Assembly: GCA_034520965.1 (NCBI GenBank)
Contig: JAXHMY010000009.1
Coordinates: forward strand, 128,001-192,000
Length of the DNA stretch: 64,000 nucleotides
Source: Spirochaetia bacterium
GTDB lineage: Bacteria; Spirochaetota; Spirochaetia; DSM-16054; Sediminispirochaetaceae
Reading direction: 5' to 3'
Part shown: one piece after another, positions 30,331 to 41,228 of the stretch
How positions within the stretch are numbered: the stretch's first letter is position 1
Layout of the letters: the number at the start of each line of letters is the position of its first letter
The notes under the pieces: generated by a model
Seen by the model: the letters and a program-made list of their open reading frames with translations, nothing else
What the model was told of the DNA's origin: nothing
The model's database searches: none
Program-made: the position numbers and the translations under genes

Positions 30331-31002
30331 TTATCTACCCTTTTGGGTGAAACTAAGCGCATTCCATACGGAACGATCGCCGTGGCGGTACCATTTGCCG
30401 TGGCTGCCGCGTGCCTTTTCCGTTAAGGTTCGATGTACAAAGAGGGCGTAGTCGTCGGGAGTGCTCGCGTCGGAGGTGAAGCCGTTGATCATAATCGGCT
30501 CATTCTGATACAGAGTGAACATGCTGTCGGCAAAAGTTTTTATGCCGCCGATACCGACCGCGTCAATTGGCGGTAGTACTTCTAGGCCGGAGGTATGTAT
30601 TACGATTGAAAGCTGCCCCTGTTTTCGTTTTTGAAAATATCCCAAGACTTCCCGTAAAAAGTAGAGTCCTCCTTTTACATAGTTATCGATGTAACTGTCG
30701 ATTGATGCCAGACCCAGTTCATGAAGAGGCTTGTTTTCCATAAGAGCACTGAATACAAACACTACTTCATCAATTGTATCCCGCTTGTTCTCTGCTTCTA
30801 CCAACAGGTTATGGATCGAGACAGAGGAGTGGCGCGTCCAGGGGATGATAGTCAAATGATCTTCCACCTCTTCCCCAGCGGAATTGCGGCCCGGGTTCCC
30901 TTCATCGGCTCGAATCACATGGGCTCCGTCATCAATAAATAGCTCTGAGAGGCGCTGGGCCAGGGGAGAGGTATTTCCATTTAACAATATTGTTTGGTCC
31001 AT
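30331..31002 (-). CDS. Hypothetical protein, degenerate SDR-like fold
   Basis: ILLNGNTSPLAQRL...GAHVI, TIDEVVF resemble an SDR without catalytic motifs. Confidence 0.45.
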   Translation of the reverse strand: MDQTILLNGNTSPLAQRLSELFIDDGAHVIRADEGNPGRNSAGEEVEDHLTIIPWTRHSSVSIHNLLVEAENKRDTIDEVVFVFSALMENKPLHELGLASIDSYIDNYVKGGLYFLREVLGYFQKRKQGQLSIVIHTSGLEVLPPIDAVGIGGIKTFADSMFTLYQNEPIMINGFTSDASTPDDYALFVHRTLTEKARGSHGKWYRHGDRSVWNALSFTQKGR

Positions 31003-31084
31003 AGGCTTCCTATAGTAAATGAAAAAGAGTTTGAAATTCAAGAAACATATAATGTATGATACATAAAAAGGGGTGGGTTTTACC

Positions 31085-32728
31085 ATGAAAATAGCTATCG
31101 GGCAAATAAATACAAAGATCGGTGATTTTGAAGGCAATGTAAACAAAATCATCCATACCGCGGAGCGAGCGGCGGAAGATTTAGCGGAGCTGCTGGTGAT
31201 GCCCGAGATGTGCGTGTGCGGCTACCCTCCGATGGATTTATTGGATTACGACCTGTTTGTGCGTGAGAATCAAAAAGCCCTGCGACGACTGCAGCGGGAG
31301 CTTCCTGCGCAGGTTGCGGTGACGGTTGGGTATGTGGACCGGACCCGGGGCACTTCAGGCAAGCCCTTGCAAAATGTGGTCTCAGTGCTGTATGAGGGTA
31401 AAATTCTGCATACCCAGGCGAAAACCCTGTTGCCGACTTATGATGTGTTTGATGAAGCCCGCTACTTTGAACCTGCCACTGAGAGGCGGGTGTGTGAGCT
31501 GAAGGGAAAGCGCATTGGTATAGCTATTTGTGAAGATATTTGGTGGGAGCAGGAACCGGTGCCGGGCACTCGTTATACCGTTGATCCGGTTAAAGAGTTG
31601 ATGGATGCCGGGGCGGAGATCCTGCTGAGCCCCTCGGCCTCCCCGTTTTTTAAAGGAAAACAGGAGGTCCGGCGGAAATTGCTGGAAAGAATCGGCCATT
31701 CCTCGGGAGTGCCGGCCGTGTATGTGAATATGGTCGGGGGAAACGACAATCTAATTTTCGACGGCTGTTCAATGATTACAGATGCCGATGGACGAATGGT
31801 GAAGTGTGCTAATGAGTTTGCTGAAGACTACTTGGTGTGTGATACCGAGGCTCAGCATCAGAGGACGACGTTGCCGCAGGTGAATGAGAGTGAGAAGCTG
31901 CGGAAAGCACTGGTGATGGGGGTACGAGACTATGTGCATAAGTGTGGTTTCAAGCGGGTCCATCTTGGCTTATCCGGAGGCATTGATTCAGCCTTAGTGG
32001 CGGTTATTGCAACACAGGCGCTGGGGCCGGAGAATGTCCACTGTTTTGCCCTGCCTTCGCGCTACTCCTCCGAAGCAAGTGAATCCGATGCCCGACAGTT
32101 GGCCGATAATTTGGGAATCGGCTATGATATCCTGCCGATTGAGGAGCCCTTCAAGTCGATACTATCTGTGCTCGATCCTGTCTTTGAGGGAAGGGAGTCG
32201 GATGTGGCGGAGGAGAATGTGCAGGCCCGAGTCCGCGGCCTGCTGTTGATGGCCTATTCGAATAAGTTCGGGTCTCTCCTGCTTACTACCGGGAATAAGT
32301 CGGAATTGGCCACCGGGTATTGTACCTTATATGGAGATATGTCCGGAGGCTTGTCGGTAATCGGCGATCTATTTAAGGGGCAGGTCTACGACTTGTGCAA
32401 TCATATTAACAGTGCTGAAGAGCTTATTCCTCAGAATATTATTGATAAGCCGCCTTCAGCGGAGCTGAGGGCGGATCAGACCGATCAGGACAGTTTGCCG
32501 GAATACGAGGTTCTGGATGATATTCTTGAGCAGTACTTGCTCGCCAATAAGTCTGCTGCCGAAATCGCCCAAACCGGGCACGATTTGCAGACGGTCCGTG
32601 AAGTGTTGAGGCTGGTGGGGCGCAATGAATACAAGCGTCGGCAGGCACCTCCGGTGTTGAAGGTGTCGACCCGGGCCTTCGGAACAGGCCGCAGAATGCC
32701 GATAGCAAGAAATATCTACGAAGCTTAG
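31085..32728 (+). CDS. nadE: Glutamine-dependent NAD+ synthetase
   Basis: PEM...GYPP.DL, LLPTYDVFDE.RYF, ICEDIW, GLSGGIDS, ENVQARVRG, TGNKSE, KPPSAEL, YKRRQAPP. Confidence 0.95.
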   Translation: MKIAIGQINTKIGDFEGNVNKIIHTAERAAEDLAELLVMPEMCVCGYPPMDLLDYDLFVRENQKALRRLQRELPAQVAVTVGYVDRTRGTSGKPLQNVVSVLYEGKILHTQAKTLLPTYDVFDEARYFEPATERRVCELKGKRIGIAICEDIWWEQEPVPGTRYTVDPVKELMDAGAEILLSPSASPFFKGKQEVRRKLLERIGHSSGVPAVYVNMVGGNDNLIFDGCSMITDADGRMVKCANEFAEDYLVCDTEAQHQRTTLPQVNESEKLRKALVMGVRDYVHKCGFKRVHLGLSGGIDSALVAVIATQALGPENVHCFALPSRYSSEASESDARQLADNLGIGYDILPIEEPFKSILSVLDPVFEGRESDVAEENVQARVRGLLLMAYSNKFGSLLLTTGNKSELATGYCTLYGDMSGGLSVIGDLFKGQVYDLCNHINSAEELIPQNIIDKPPSAELRADQTDQDSLPEYEVLDDILEQYLLANKSAAEIAQTGHDLQTVREVLRLVGRNEYKRRQAPPVLKVSTRAFGTGRRMPIARNIYEA

Positions 32729-32738
32729 CGATTACACT

Positions 32739-35700
32739 CTAAGTGACACTGCTCTCCAGCAGCAGTTCTATGCGGTATTCCGCCGACTCCTCAGCCTGCA
32801 GCCAACGTTTGATGTAAGCAAAAACCTCTTCCGACTGCAACCTGCTTTTTCCGGACTTGATCTGGGCAAGCAGGGCAATAGTGTTCAGCCACCACAACAG
32901 TTCCTGCATCGATTCGCCCTTGTACCACTCTTGGTTGTTGTCATGGTGCAGATTAAGAAACGCTGCGGTAAAGGGTTCTCGAATAATGTGTTCTAAGACC
33001 AGTTCGGAAGCCGGGGGCATGGTGACGGAGGAGGCTTCTTCGTCATCGAGCAAGCTAAGCCAGTTCTGCTGCGAGACGGTAACTAAAATCAATTCATAAA
33101 GACGGGGAAGCGATTTCTCTTCAACACCCTGCTCGCGAAAGGATTTTACGAATTGCTGCGGCAGCAGCAGATCGGCAGCGCACTCGGCGGCGGTGCTGTA
33201 GTTTAAGTCCTCTTGTATGAACTCTTGCAGCGGGGTAAGCAGGGTCCATGCGAGCATAAGTAAGGGAGTCTCCGGCATTAGCGTCAGGCCTCGGTGATAA
33301 TAGCCATCACGGTTAGGGGGGTGGGGAAGGATTAGCGGATTGCTTGAGGTCGAGAGTGTGCCTATGGCTTCGAGATTCTTCTGAAAATGCTTGATGGCTG
33401 CAGCTTTCTGCCCGCTGCTGCCGTAGCCCAGGCGCAAACATTCATCCAAAAAATCATCGTAGTAGGACCAGTAATCGTCGAAGGATATCTTTTTTAGGCC
33501 GGTTCCCTTATAGAGCGCCTGGCGAATCGGTGTAATCAGCGGTGATTGCAGAAACCGCTTAAAGGCCAGGTGGATTGGCTCGAGAAAAAGCTCTTTCTTG
33601 CGGAGTTCGATATCATAGATACCCCTGCCGTCCAAGGTTTCGTACAATTTTCGATACAGCCCGTCCCTGTCTTGTACCTGATAAAAATCAAGATACACGT
33701 GGCTCTGGTATCCGTGCAGGTGTATAAACATCCCCTGCTGATGCAGAGCGGTGTTTTCGCGAATAAACCATCTGCCCGAGTGCTGTTCCCGAAAAATGGT
33801 AAAATAATCGTGTTCGTTTACGATCTGCAGCCCTTCGGCCAGGGAGTATTGCCTGGCGCTGCGATTGCCGGCGGAATCCTTTATGGCGAAGGGCGATGAG
33901 GTGGTGATGCGGCCGGCGGTTGAATTGAAGGCATTGTTGTAGGTTATTAGGGCTGTCTCGGTCCCGCTGTGGTTACTGTAGGCGAATACGTTGTGGTCGA
34001 CTTCGCCGTTTTCCCGATACATATCATACAGCCGAAAATTCTCCGAGTCGGAGAAGAGATACCGTTTTTTCATCAACGGGAAGATCGACTGATAGTGCCG
34101 GTTAATCAGGTCCCAATTGGGAATTTCGTTCCAATAGGCTCGCCGGTATTCCATTCCGTATTTTTCATGGTAGCCCTCAATCTGTCCGTGTCCAAACATC
34201 GGCAGTCCGGGCATAGTGACCATTAGGGTGCAGACTCCAAAGTATTTATCACCGTCTCCAAACTGAGCGATGGCGGTGTCCTCATCGGGGTTGTTCATAA
34301 AATTTACAAAACGCTTGAGGATCTCCGGTTCAAAGCTGATGGTACTTTTAATGGTATTTTTGTATTTTTCATTCTCTTCACTTTTCAGCATATTCATAAA
34401 TGCACTGTTATAGACACGATGCATTCCGAGGGTCCGTACAAAAAACCCTTCCATCATCCAAAAAGCCTCTGCCAGCAGCAGGGTGTCCGGTGCTTCCGCA
34501 GCTACCCGGTCCACTACCTCGCGCCAGAACTCTTGGGGCATGCTGCGATAAAACTCCTCGTTGCTTATGCCGTACTGGGAGCGTCCGGGAATGTCGCCGC
34601 CGCTGCCGGGAGCCGGGTACCACAGACGATGGATATGCTTGCGGGCCAGGGTCATGGCTGCGTCAAAACGTATAATGGAAAAGTTATGCGCCACATGCAG
34701 GATGGTCTGAATCAGAGCCTCCCGGGTTTCTGGGTTCAGAAAATCAAGCTGGGCGGTATCGTTCCACGGCATGGAAGTACCGTCGTTCCCGTGGTAGATA
34801 TATCGGCTTTGCTGTGATGGAAAGTGATGCCACTTAAAGGTCAGGGCGGCATCGGTGCGGTCGTAATAGTGGTCTTCAAGATATATGCCGATATCCGGAT
34901 GGTCGGAGAGATTTTGGCTGTTATAGGTATAGGATGGGTAGGGTGCGTCCGGCAGCTGCAGAAACCAGTCGGGATGGTCGTATACCCAGTCCCCGTCAAT
35001 TCCGGTGTGGTTGGGTACCATGTCGCTTGCCAGTCGGATTCCCCGGCGGTTACAGCGATTGGCTAAATTATGTAGAGCTTCCCAACCGCCGAGTTCCTCT
35101 GCAATTTCATACCGCTTCAGGGAGTATGCGGAGGCCTCGGCCTCTGGATTACCACAGGAGCGTTTGATGGTTTTAGATGCACTGCTGCGTTCCCATAGGC
35201 CTATCAGCCAGAGGGAATTAAAGCCCATGTCCGCCAGACGGTTTAACTCTTCATCGGGAATGTGGTCCAGTCGGTGAATCGTTCTGCCGTAGGAGCGGGT
35301 GAGCTGGTCAAGCCACACAAGGGCGCTTTTTGCCAGTAAAACCACCTGGGGCATCCAGACGGTATCCTGACTAAAGGCTTCATAATCAAACTCCAGGCCG
35401 GAGTAATCGGGGGTTCTGCTGGGACCGGGTCCGGGAGGAAAACTTGGGCGCTGCTCCTCTTTCAAGTAATCAATGCCGCGAAGCAGTTTTTCGGCGTAGG
35501 GACCCAAATACTCTTTCCAATGGCTCACCACGTAGTTCAGCTGGGCTAAGATGCTGTGTGGAGCCTCATGGGCGGGTACCTGCAGAAAATCGATTAAGTT
35601 AAGAGACGTATCTCCGACTCCGGGGAGTTGTTCGAAGAAAAGGTAGGCCCTTTTGACTACCTTATTGTAATTACTTTCGGTGGTGAGGGCTGTGTCGTCA

Positions 35701-36266
35701 ATCAGTTCATGGTACAGCTTTAAGGCCGGGTTAAGATTACTCAACCACACCAGAAGCATCTCCTCAAGATATATTTCTGTATTGGGTCGCTGCTGGTCCA
35801 ATTTGTGCAGATGCTCCTCCGTACCCTCCTCTCCGCTGTATACCGGAGCGGGGGGATAATGGTCGATCATCGCTGTAAGGGTATCTTCGACTTGTGCATC
35901 GCCAAGCTCTTCTCTGAGATGCTGTTCCAGCTGGGTGAAGATGTCGGAGCCGTTCTCCTCGATATAGAGGTGAACTACATGGTGCGAAATTTCGTGCAGC
36001 AGCGCTAAAGCATATACTTCTGCAGCAGACGCCCTTAGTTGCGGATAGCGGTTTACATTTCTTTTTTGGTTCATGGCTTCAACCAGCTGGACCACCGCTT
36101 TTTGATTGGTACTGATTACATGACCCTCTTTAGAAAAAAGGGACTCAGAAAACTGGTAACGGTCTCGTGAAAAGCGGGATATGTGAAACCAGACACGCAT
36201 CTGAGACACACTCCTACCGTCTGTTTTTGACCGGGTTAAATAGAAATTTTCAAATGGATACTGCAT
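32739..36266 (-). CDS. Large GH13 alpha-amylase-family protein
   Basis: SDMVPNHT, IRFDAAM, LLAEAFW, NNPDE, PGLPMFGHGQ. Confidence 0.85.
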   Translation of the reverse strand: MQYPFENFYLTRSKTDGRSVSQMRVWFHISRFSRDRYQFSESLFSKEGHVISTNQKAVVQLVEAMNQKRNVNRYPQLRASAAEVYALALLHEISHHVVHLYIEENGSDIFTQLEQHLREELGDAQVEDTLTAMIDHYPPAPVYSGEEGTEEHLHKLDQQRPNTEIYLEEMLLVWLSNLNPALKLYHELIDDTALTTESNYNKVVKRAYLFFEQLPGVGDTSLNLIDFLQVPAHEAPHSILAQLNYVVSHWKEYLGPYAEKLLRGIDYLKEEQRPSFPPGPGPSRTPDYSGLEFDYEAFSQDTVWMPQVVLLAKSALVWLDQLTRSYGRTIHRLDHIPDEELNRLADMGFNSLWLIGLWERSSASKTIKRSCGNPEAEASAYSLKRYEIAEELGGWEALHNLANRCNRRGIRLASDMVPNHTGIDGDWVYDHPDWFLQLPDAPYPSYTYNSQNLSDHPDIGIYLEDHYYDRTDAALTFKWHHFPSQQSRYIYHGNDGTSMPWNDTAQLDFLNPETREALIQTILHVAHNFSIIRFDAAMTLARKHIHRLWYPAPGSGGDIPGRSQYGISNEEFYRSMPQEFWREVVDRVAAEAPDTLLLAEAFWMMEGFFVRTLGMHRVYNSAFMNMLKSEENEKYKNTIKSTISFEPEILKRFVNFMNNPDEDTAIAQFGDGDKYFGVCTLMVTMPGLPMFGHGQIEGYHEKYGMEYRRAYWNEIPNWDLINRHYQSIFPLMKKRYLFSDSENFRLYDMYRENGEVDHNVFAYSNHSGTETALITYNNAFNSTAGRITTSSPFAIKDSAGNRSARQYSLAEGLQIVNEHDYFTIFREQHSGRWFIRENTALHQQGMFIHLHGYQSHVYLDFYQVQDRDGLYRKLYETLDGRGIYDIELRKKELFLEPIHLAFKRFLQSPLITPIRQALYKGTGLKKISFDDYWSYYDDFLDECLRLGYGSSGQKAAAIKHFQKNLEAIGTLSTSSNPLILPHPPNRDGYYHRGLTLMPETPLLMLAWTLLTPLQEFIQEDLNYSTAAECAADLLLPQQFVKSFREQGVEEKSLPRLYELILVTVSQQNWLSLLDDEEASSVTMPPASELVLEHIIREPFTAAFLNLHHDNNQEWYKGESMQELLWWLNTIALLAQIKSGKSRLQSEEVFAYIKRWLQAEESAEYRIELLLESSVT

Positions 36267-36302
36267 GTATGCTCCTCAGAGACAACGCCTACTGAAGGGT
36301 TA

Positions 36303-36854
36303 TCAACTACTATCTTCAAGTTCTTTCATTTTATCACGAATTCGAGCAGCCTCTTCGTAGTTTTCCTCCGTGACTGCCTGGTCGAGCTTCTGCTGAAGCT
36401 CCTCCTTTTCTTGTTTTAGAGGGTCGACTTCTCCCTCGATAGGCTGTTCACTAATAGAACTGAGAGGGATACCCGCTTCGTCAACTACGGTTTCTTCTAT
36501 ATATAACGGACATTTGTGGCGCACGGCTATACCCATCGCATCCGAAGGCCGGGCATCAATTGAGAGGGAATTATCTGCCTTGGATAAAATGAGTTTGGCA
36601 AAAAAGGTTCCCTCTTTGAGGGAAGTGATTTCAATTCGCTCTAGCTCTACTTCCAATTCTTTGAGCAACGAGAGGAATAGGTCATGGGTAAGAGGGCGAG
36701 GCATAGGAACATTACCCATACCTATAAGAATAGACTGGGTTTCCAATTGTCCGATGAATATAGGAACTGCAAGCTCGGCTCCGAGCGGGCGTACTAAGAC
36801 CGCATTTCCCTGATCGGTACGTGCGACTGTCCAAATTTCTGCTTCTACTAACAT
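36303..36854 (-). CDS. Bifunctional nuclease family (DUF151) with UVR domain
   Basis: PIFIGQLE, PRPLTHDL, IDARPSDA, AVTEENYEEAARIRD. Confidence 0.9.
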   Translation of the reverse strand: MLVEAEIWTVARTDQGNAVLVRPLGAELAVPIFIGQLETQSILIGMGNVPMPRPLTHDLFLSLLKELEVELERIEITSLKEGTFFAKLILSKADNSLSIDARPSDAMGIAVRHKCPLYIEETVVDEAGIPLSSISEQPIEGEVDPLKQEKEELQQKLDQAVTEENYEEAARIRDKMKELEDSS

Positions 36855-36915
36855 TCTGCCTTTCCCCCACTAGGGTAGGATAAGACATTTCCGGCGTGAT
36901 ATCAATATATAGGGC

Positions 36916-37986
36916 TTAGTCGTAGATCTGAGCTTTATCTTCTCCGCGAAGTACACGAAGTGCCGCATCCCGCAGGGCTTCAATTTCACCTTCTCCGGGG
37001 TAGATAAGAACCCGGCTGATAAACTCAACCCTTTCTTTTATAAGAGTGGTAAGCCGATCGTTGTAGGCCAGGCCGCCGGTGAGGACTATCCCGTCAAGCC
37101 GGCCGGAGAACACGCTTGCCAAAGCTCCAATTTCTTTGGCTACCTGATACGCCATAGCTTGAAAGACAAGTTCCGCAAGCTCTTCCCCCTGCTGCCCCCG
37201 TTGATCGACTTCCCGCCCGTCGGAGGTACCGAGATAGGCCATAAAACCACCCTTGCCCTTGAGCATTTTCATGATCTCTTTTTGGGTGTATTTTCCGGAG
37301 AAGCAGAGCTCTACCAGTTGTCCTGCAGGCAGGGTACCGGATCGCTCCGGAGAAAAGGGGCCTTCTCCGTTGAGGGCGTTGTTTACATCAATAACTTCTC
37401 CATTTTCATGGGCGCCAACCGAGATCCCGCCGCCCATATGAGCTATAATTAAATTGGACTGCTCGTACGCTTTTTTCAATTCTGCGGCTGCCCTGCGCGC
37501 AACTGCTTTTTGATTCAGGGCGTGGAATATTGAGATCCGCGGCAGTTCCGGATGCCCGGAGATACGGGCGAGGGGCTGTAATTCATCCACCACCACCGGA
37601 TCGGCGATAAGGCTGGGTGCTTTGGAAGTGTGAGCAATTTCATGGGCAATTAATCCGCCCAGATTACTGGCGTGCTGGCCGCTTACTCCTGCCCGAAGGT
37701 CTTCGGTCATGCGCTCGTTTACCGCCCACACTCCTCCGGGAATGGGTTTCAGAAGCCCGCCGCGGCCGATTACCGCGTCGAAACTGCTGGGATCGATGCC
37801 TTCGGCTTTTAGACTTTCCTGAATGATATTTGAGCGGAAATCATACTGATCGGTTATACTATCAAACTGGGCAAGCTCATCGGCATCATGACGAATGGTC
37901 TCGTTAAGTATCTCCTGCTCAGCTTCAAAAACTGCAATTTTAGTAGAGGTTGAGCCGGGGTTAATTACTAGTATTCTTTCCTTCAT
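36916..37986 (-). CDS. buk: Butyrate kinase
   Basis: INPGSTSTK, GRGGLL, HASNLG, DPVVVDE, FHALNQKA, HMGGGIS, GPFSPERSG. Confidence 0.95.
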   Translation of the reverse strand: MKERILVINPGSTSTKIAVFEAEQEILNETIRHDADELAQFDSITDQYDFRSNIIQESLKAEGIDPSSFDAVIGRGGLLKPIPGGVWAVNERMTEDLRAGVSGQHASNLGGLIAHEIAHTSKAPSLIADPVVVDELQPLARISGHPELPRISIFHALNQKAVARRAAAELKKAYEQSNLIIAHMGGGISVGAHENGEVIDVNNALNGEGPFSPERSGTLPAGQLVELCFSGKYTQKEIMKMLKGKGGFMAYLGTSDGREVDQRGQQGEELAELVFQAMAYQVAKEIGALASVFSGRLDGIVLTGGLAYNDRLTTLIKERVEFISRVLIYPGEGEIEALRDAALRVLRGEDKAQIYD

Positions 37987-38101
37987 AATTGTATCTCCTT
38001 TATCCGTCATTATTGCGCAGCTTGAGATAGTTGACAATGGTAAAATTAGAATAACCTCAAACTCTTTAAGCTAATTTACTTATCTTAAACAAAATGTGAG
38101 C

Positions 38102-38144
38102 ATTCTAAATTTGATAATTTTAATAAAATTTTCAAATTTAGAAT
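38102..38144. promoter_or_regulatory. 43-bp AT-rich palindrome in the divergent buk/lipase intergenic region
   Basis: ATTCTAAATTTGA-t-AATTTT-aat-AAAATT-t-TCAAATTTAGAAT (one mismatch). Confidence 0.6.
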
Positions 38145-38178
38145 TGCTGTGGTAAAATTATTAATAAGTGTGGGGAAT

Positions 38179-39546
38179 ATGAATTCTAAGGCCCTCTTAA
38201 TTGTTGCTTCTATTATAATCCTGTTGCTGTTGTCAGCCTGTGCCGGTACCGACCGGGCTGAGGGCTCAAGGGGAGAAGCTAACTATATGCTCAACCCGCA
38301 GCAATCCGAAGATCCGGAGGCAGGCAAGGGGCCATTGAAGCGACCATTGGAGCAGCCTATAATTTTTGTGCACGGCTTTATGGGCTTTGGTACTAACTCC
38401 GATACTGGGCTCAGTTTCCCCTATTGGGGGGGTACAGTTGATTTAGAGGAAGGGCTTCGAAGTTCGGGTTTTGAAGTATATGTCGCAGAACTAGGGCCGG
38501 TCTCTTCTAACTGGGACCGCGCCTGCGAGCTGTACGCCTATATTAAAGGCGGCGTGGTCGATTACGGGGAGGCGCATTCACAAAAGTACGGACATGCCCG
38601 CTTTGGCGAGTACTATTCCGGAGTGTATCCCGATTGGGGAAGCGTAAAAGAAGAGACAGGGCGGCCGTATTCTGTGCACCTGGTTGGACACAGCATGGGC
38701 GGGCAGACGGCTCGTCTGCTGACGGAACTGCTGGCACAGGGCGATCGGGATGAAATTGCAGCAGGGTATGAAGCCGGGGATAGGGGACTCTCGGAGCTGT
38801 TTTCCGGCGGACACTCCTGGGTGAGCAGTATCACGACTATTGCGGCTCCCCATGACGGGACGACCCTTACCACACGCTTTCGCAATTCCGGACTGCTGGA
38901 AAAGATATTCGCACGGCTTGTGGCCTCTTCCAGTTTAAAAAAAGAGGATCCTCTGATTGAGCTGCACGTGCAGCATTGGAGCACACTAAAAGAGCCGAAT
39001 GAGTCATTTGCACGCTTTGTAAGGCGGGTGATAAATGAGGACCTCTGGAGGCAGACCGAGGATTTTAGTTACTTCGACCTGTCTCTAAAGGGCGCGAAGC
39101 GGCTGAATGTGAGGACTTCAACTCAAAGGGATGTGTATTACTTTTCCTGGGCAACCAGCCGTACCATGCCTGAAAATGAGGAGGGATATCATGTTCCTAT
39201 GGCGGGAATGAGTTTACTGCTGCATCCTTCGGCTCGTTATATGGGATCCCTCGCAGAGCTTCCCGGTGGAATCGACTCCGAACCCCAGCTGTGGTGGGAG
39301 AACGACGGAATAGTGAATACCTGCTCCATGGATGGACCTTCGCTGGGGCGTCAGGCATCTATTGTGCAGTATTCTGAGCCGGTAGCAGGGCAGTGGAACT
39401 TTATGGGGACCCTCAAACCGCTGGATCATCTGCAGGTGAGTCTGGTGCTTCCAATCAGCGGAGATGCTCCCCCGGGCTATGAATCGTTAGCCGGTTTTTA
39501 TGAAGAGTGGTGTAATTTTTTATATCGATTGCCGGAGGTAAAATAA
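38179..39546 (+). CDS. Lipase lipoprotein (Geobacillus/Staphylococcus-like family)
   Basis: Lipobox LSAC; PIIFVHGF, YWGG, SNWDRACELY, GHSMGG, NDGIVN, DH. Confidence 0.88.
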   Translation: MNSKALLIVASIIILLLLSACAGTDRAEGSRGEANYMLNPQQSEDPEAGKGPLKRPLEQPIIFVHGFMGFGTNSDTGLSFPYWGGTVDLEEGLRSSGFEVYVAELGPVSSNWDRACELYAYIKGGVVDYGEAHSQKYGHARFGEYYSGVYPDWGSVKEETGRPYSVHLVGHSMGGQTARLLTELLAQGDRDEIAAGYEAGDRGLSELFSGGHSWVSSITTIAAPHDGTTLTTRFRNSGLLEKIFARLVASSSLKKEDPLIELHVQHWSTLKEPNESFARFVRRVINEDLWRQTEDFSYFDLSLKGAKRLNVRTSTQRDVYYFSWATSRTMPENEEGYHVPMAGMSLLLHPSARYMGSLAELPGGIDSEPQLWWENDGIVNTCSMDGPSLGRQASIVQYSEPVAGQWNFMGTLKPLDHLQVSLVLPISGDAPPGYESLAGFYEEWCNFLYRLPEVK

Positions 39547-39576
39547 TGTATGTACTGATAAGCTACGTACCGGAGC

Positions 39577-40182
39577 CTACACATTCTCTTCAATAACTTC
39601 TAACTCAAGCTTTCCGGCGGATAATTCTAGCAAAGCCTGTTGAGCGGCCTCTGTCTCGGGCTGTGGAAGATTCCCCGACAGGCTGACTTCGGTTAAAAAT
39701 TCTTCGTTCTCAATTTCTGCCCCGTAAGATTGCAGCAGCTTATGGACCGGCTCATAGAGGGAATAGGGAAGGCTTATGAAAAAGGGGCGTTTCTGGATGA
39801 GCTCTTCGGTGGGAAGGGCGGTTAAGACCTCCTGAGCGGCACTGGTATAGGCTTTTACCAGACCCCCGGTTCCCAGTTTAGTGCCGCCGAAGTAGCGAAC
39901 CACCATAATCAGCAGGTTGCTTATTCCGCTGCCTTTCACAACCTCGAGTACCGGCCGCCCGGCGGTGCCGTGGGGCTCTCCGTCGTCACTCAGTCCAAAG
40001 ATATCCCCCCGCTTTCCAACCTGAAAGGCGTATACAATGTGGCTAGCCTGGGGGTGTTCCTCCCAGGCGAATTTAAGTTCCTGTTTAGCCTGATCCGCCG
40101 AATCCACGCGGTTCGCCAGGGCAATAAAGCGGGACCTTTTAATTTCGATTTCTGCGGCAGCGGAGAGGGAAGGTATGCGCAC
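39577..40182 (-). CDS. yigZ: YigZ/IMPACT-family protein
   Basis: IKRSRFIA, SDDGEPHGTAG, VVRYFGGTKLGTGGLVKAY. Confidence 0.9.
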   Translation of the reverse strand: MRIPSLSAAAEIEIKRSRFIALANRVDSADQAKQELKFAWEEHPQASHIVYAFQVGKRGDIFGLSDDGEPHGTAGRPVLEVVKGSGISNLLIMVVRYFGGTKLGTGGLVKAYTSAAQEVLTALPTEELIQKRPFFISLPYSLYEPVHKLLQSYGAEIENEEFLTEVSLSGNLPQPETEAAQQALLELSAGKLELEVIEENV

Positions 40183-40205
40183 GGCAGCTCCTTAAGGCTT
40201 ATGGC

Positions 40206-41132
40206 CTATGGCCTATGGCCGAAAATGTTTTCCGACTCAGGCCATAAGTGTAACAAAGGGGCGGTGAGTGCGTCTATCTTCTTGATAAGCTCCGGAGGCA
40301 GGTGAATGCCGCCGGCCTGGGAACACTCTTCAACCTGACTAGGCCTTCGAGCTCCAAACAGGGTATAGCGGTTCCACTGGTGGGACAGGTTCCATGCAAG
40401 GGCCAGTTGTGCTCCGGTAATCCCGAGTTCGCTGCTGTAGGCCCAAAGCTGCTGCAGTACCGGCTGCAGGTGGGAAAAGATCTCCGGCTGCAATAACAGC
40501 AGCCGGTGTCTGGGATCTTCCGGCGGCAGGGATTCAGCCCAGCCGGGAGGGTGGGCCAGCAGGCCCTGGGCCAGTGAACTGTAACTTACCATGTTGATTT
40601 TGTGTTTTCTGCAAAAGGGGACAAGGTTCAGCTCCGGTGTACGCCACAAAAGGGAATAACCGAACTGGCAGTAATCTATCTGCCCCGCGGACAGAAGAGG
40701 TTGCATCTGCGGGGCAGAAAAATTACTTAGGCCGATGGCGCGGATGTAACCCCTTTGACGGGCCTTTTCAAGGGCTTCAATGTGGGGTCGCAGATCCTGT
40801 GACGGCTTGGGCCAGTGCAGATAGAAGATATCAATATAGTCGGTGCAAAGACGGCGCAGACTCTTCTCAATTCCCTTCTCTACGGTAGAGGCCGGCCGGA
40901 GATAGGTTTTGCTGGCGATGCTGACAGACCGGCGTACCTGACGCAGTTGTTGCCCCGTGACTTGTTCGGAAATCCCGTTTCCGTAGCCTTGAGCGGTATC
41001 AAAATGAGTGATCCCTGCCCGTAGTGCGGCACGAATAACCCGTACAGATTCGCGGTGGGAATCTGTTGAGTCGGAGGAGCTCCAATATTCGTCGCCAAAG
41101 GCCCAGCAGCCTAATCCAAGTGCTGAATTCAT
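40206..41132 (-). CDS. Aldo/keto reductase
   Basis: LGLGCW, FDTAQGYG, SLRRLCTDYIDIFYLHWP, IGLSNF, SLAQGLL. Confidence 0.9.
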   Translation of the reverse strand: MNSALGLGCWAFGDEYWSSSDSTDSHRESVRVIRAALRAGITHFDTAQGYGNGISEQVTGQQLRQVRRSVSIASKTYLRPASTVEKGIEKSLRRLCTDYIDIFYLHWPKPSQDLRPHIEALEKARQRGYIRAIGLSNFSAPQMQPLLSAGQIDYCQFGYSLLWRTPELNLVPFCRKHKINMVSYSSLAQGLLAHPPGWAESLPPEDPRHRLLLLQPEIFSHLQPVLQQLWAYSSELGITGAQLALAWNLSHQWNRYTLFGARRPSQVEECSQAGGIHLPPELIKKIDALTAPLLHLWPESENIFGHRP

Positions 41133-41228
41133 ATTATATTAACTATATTGGTTAAAATATTCATTTTTGGCTACCTTCTAGCCTTGAAATTTCTTATATT
41201 TGTGGTGTACACAGTTTATAATTTTAAC

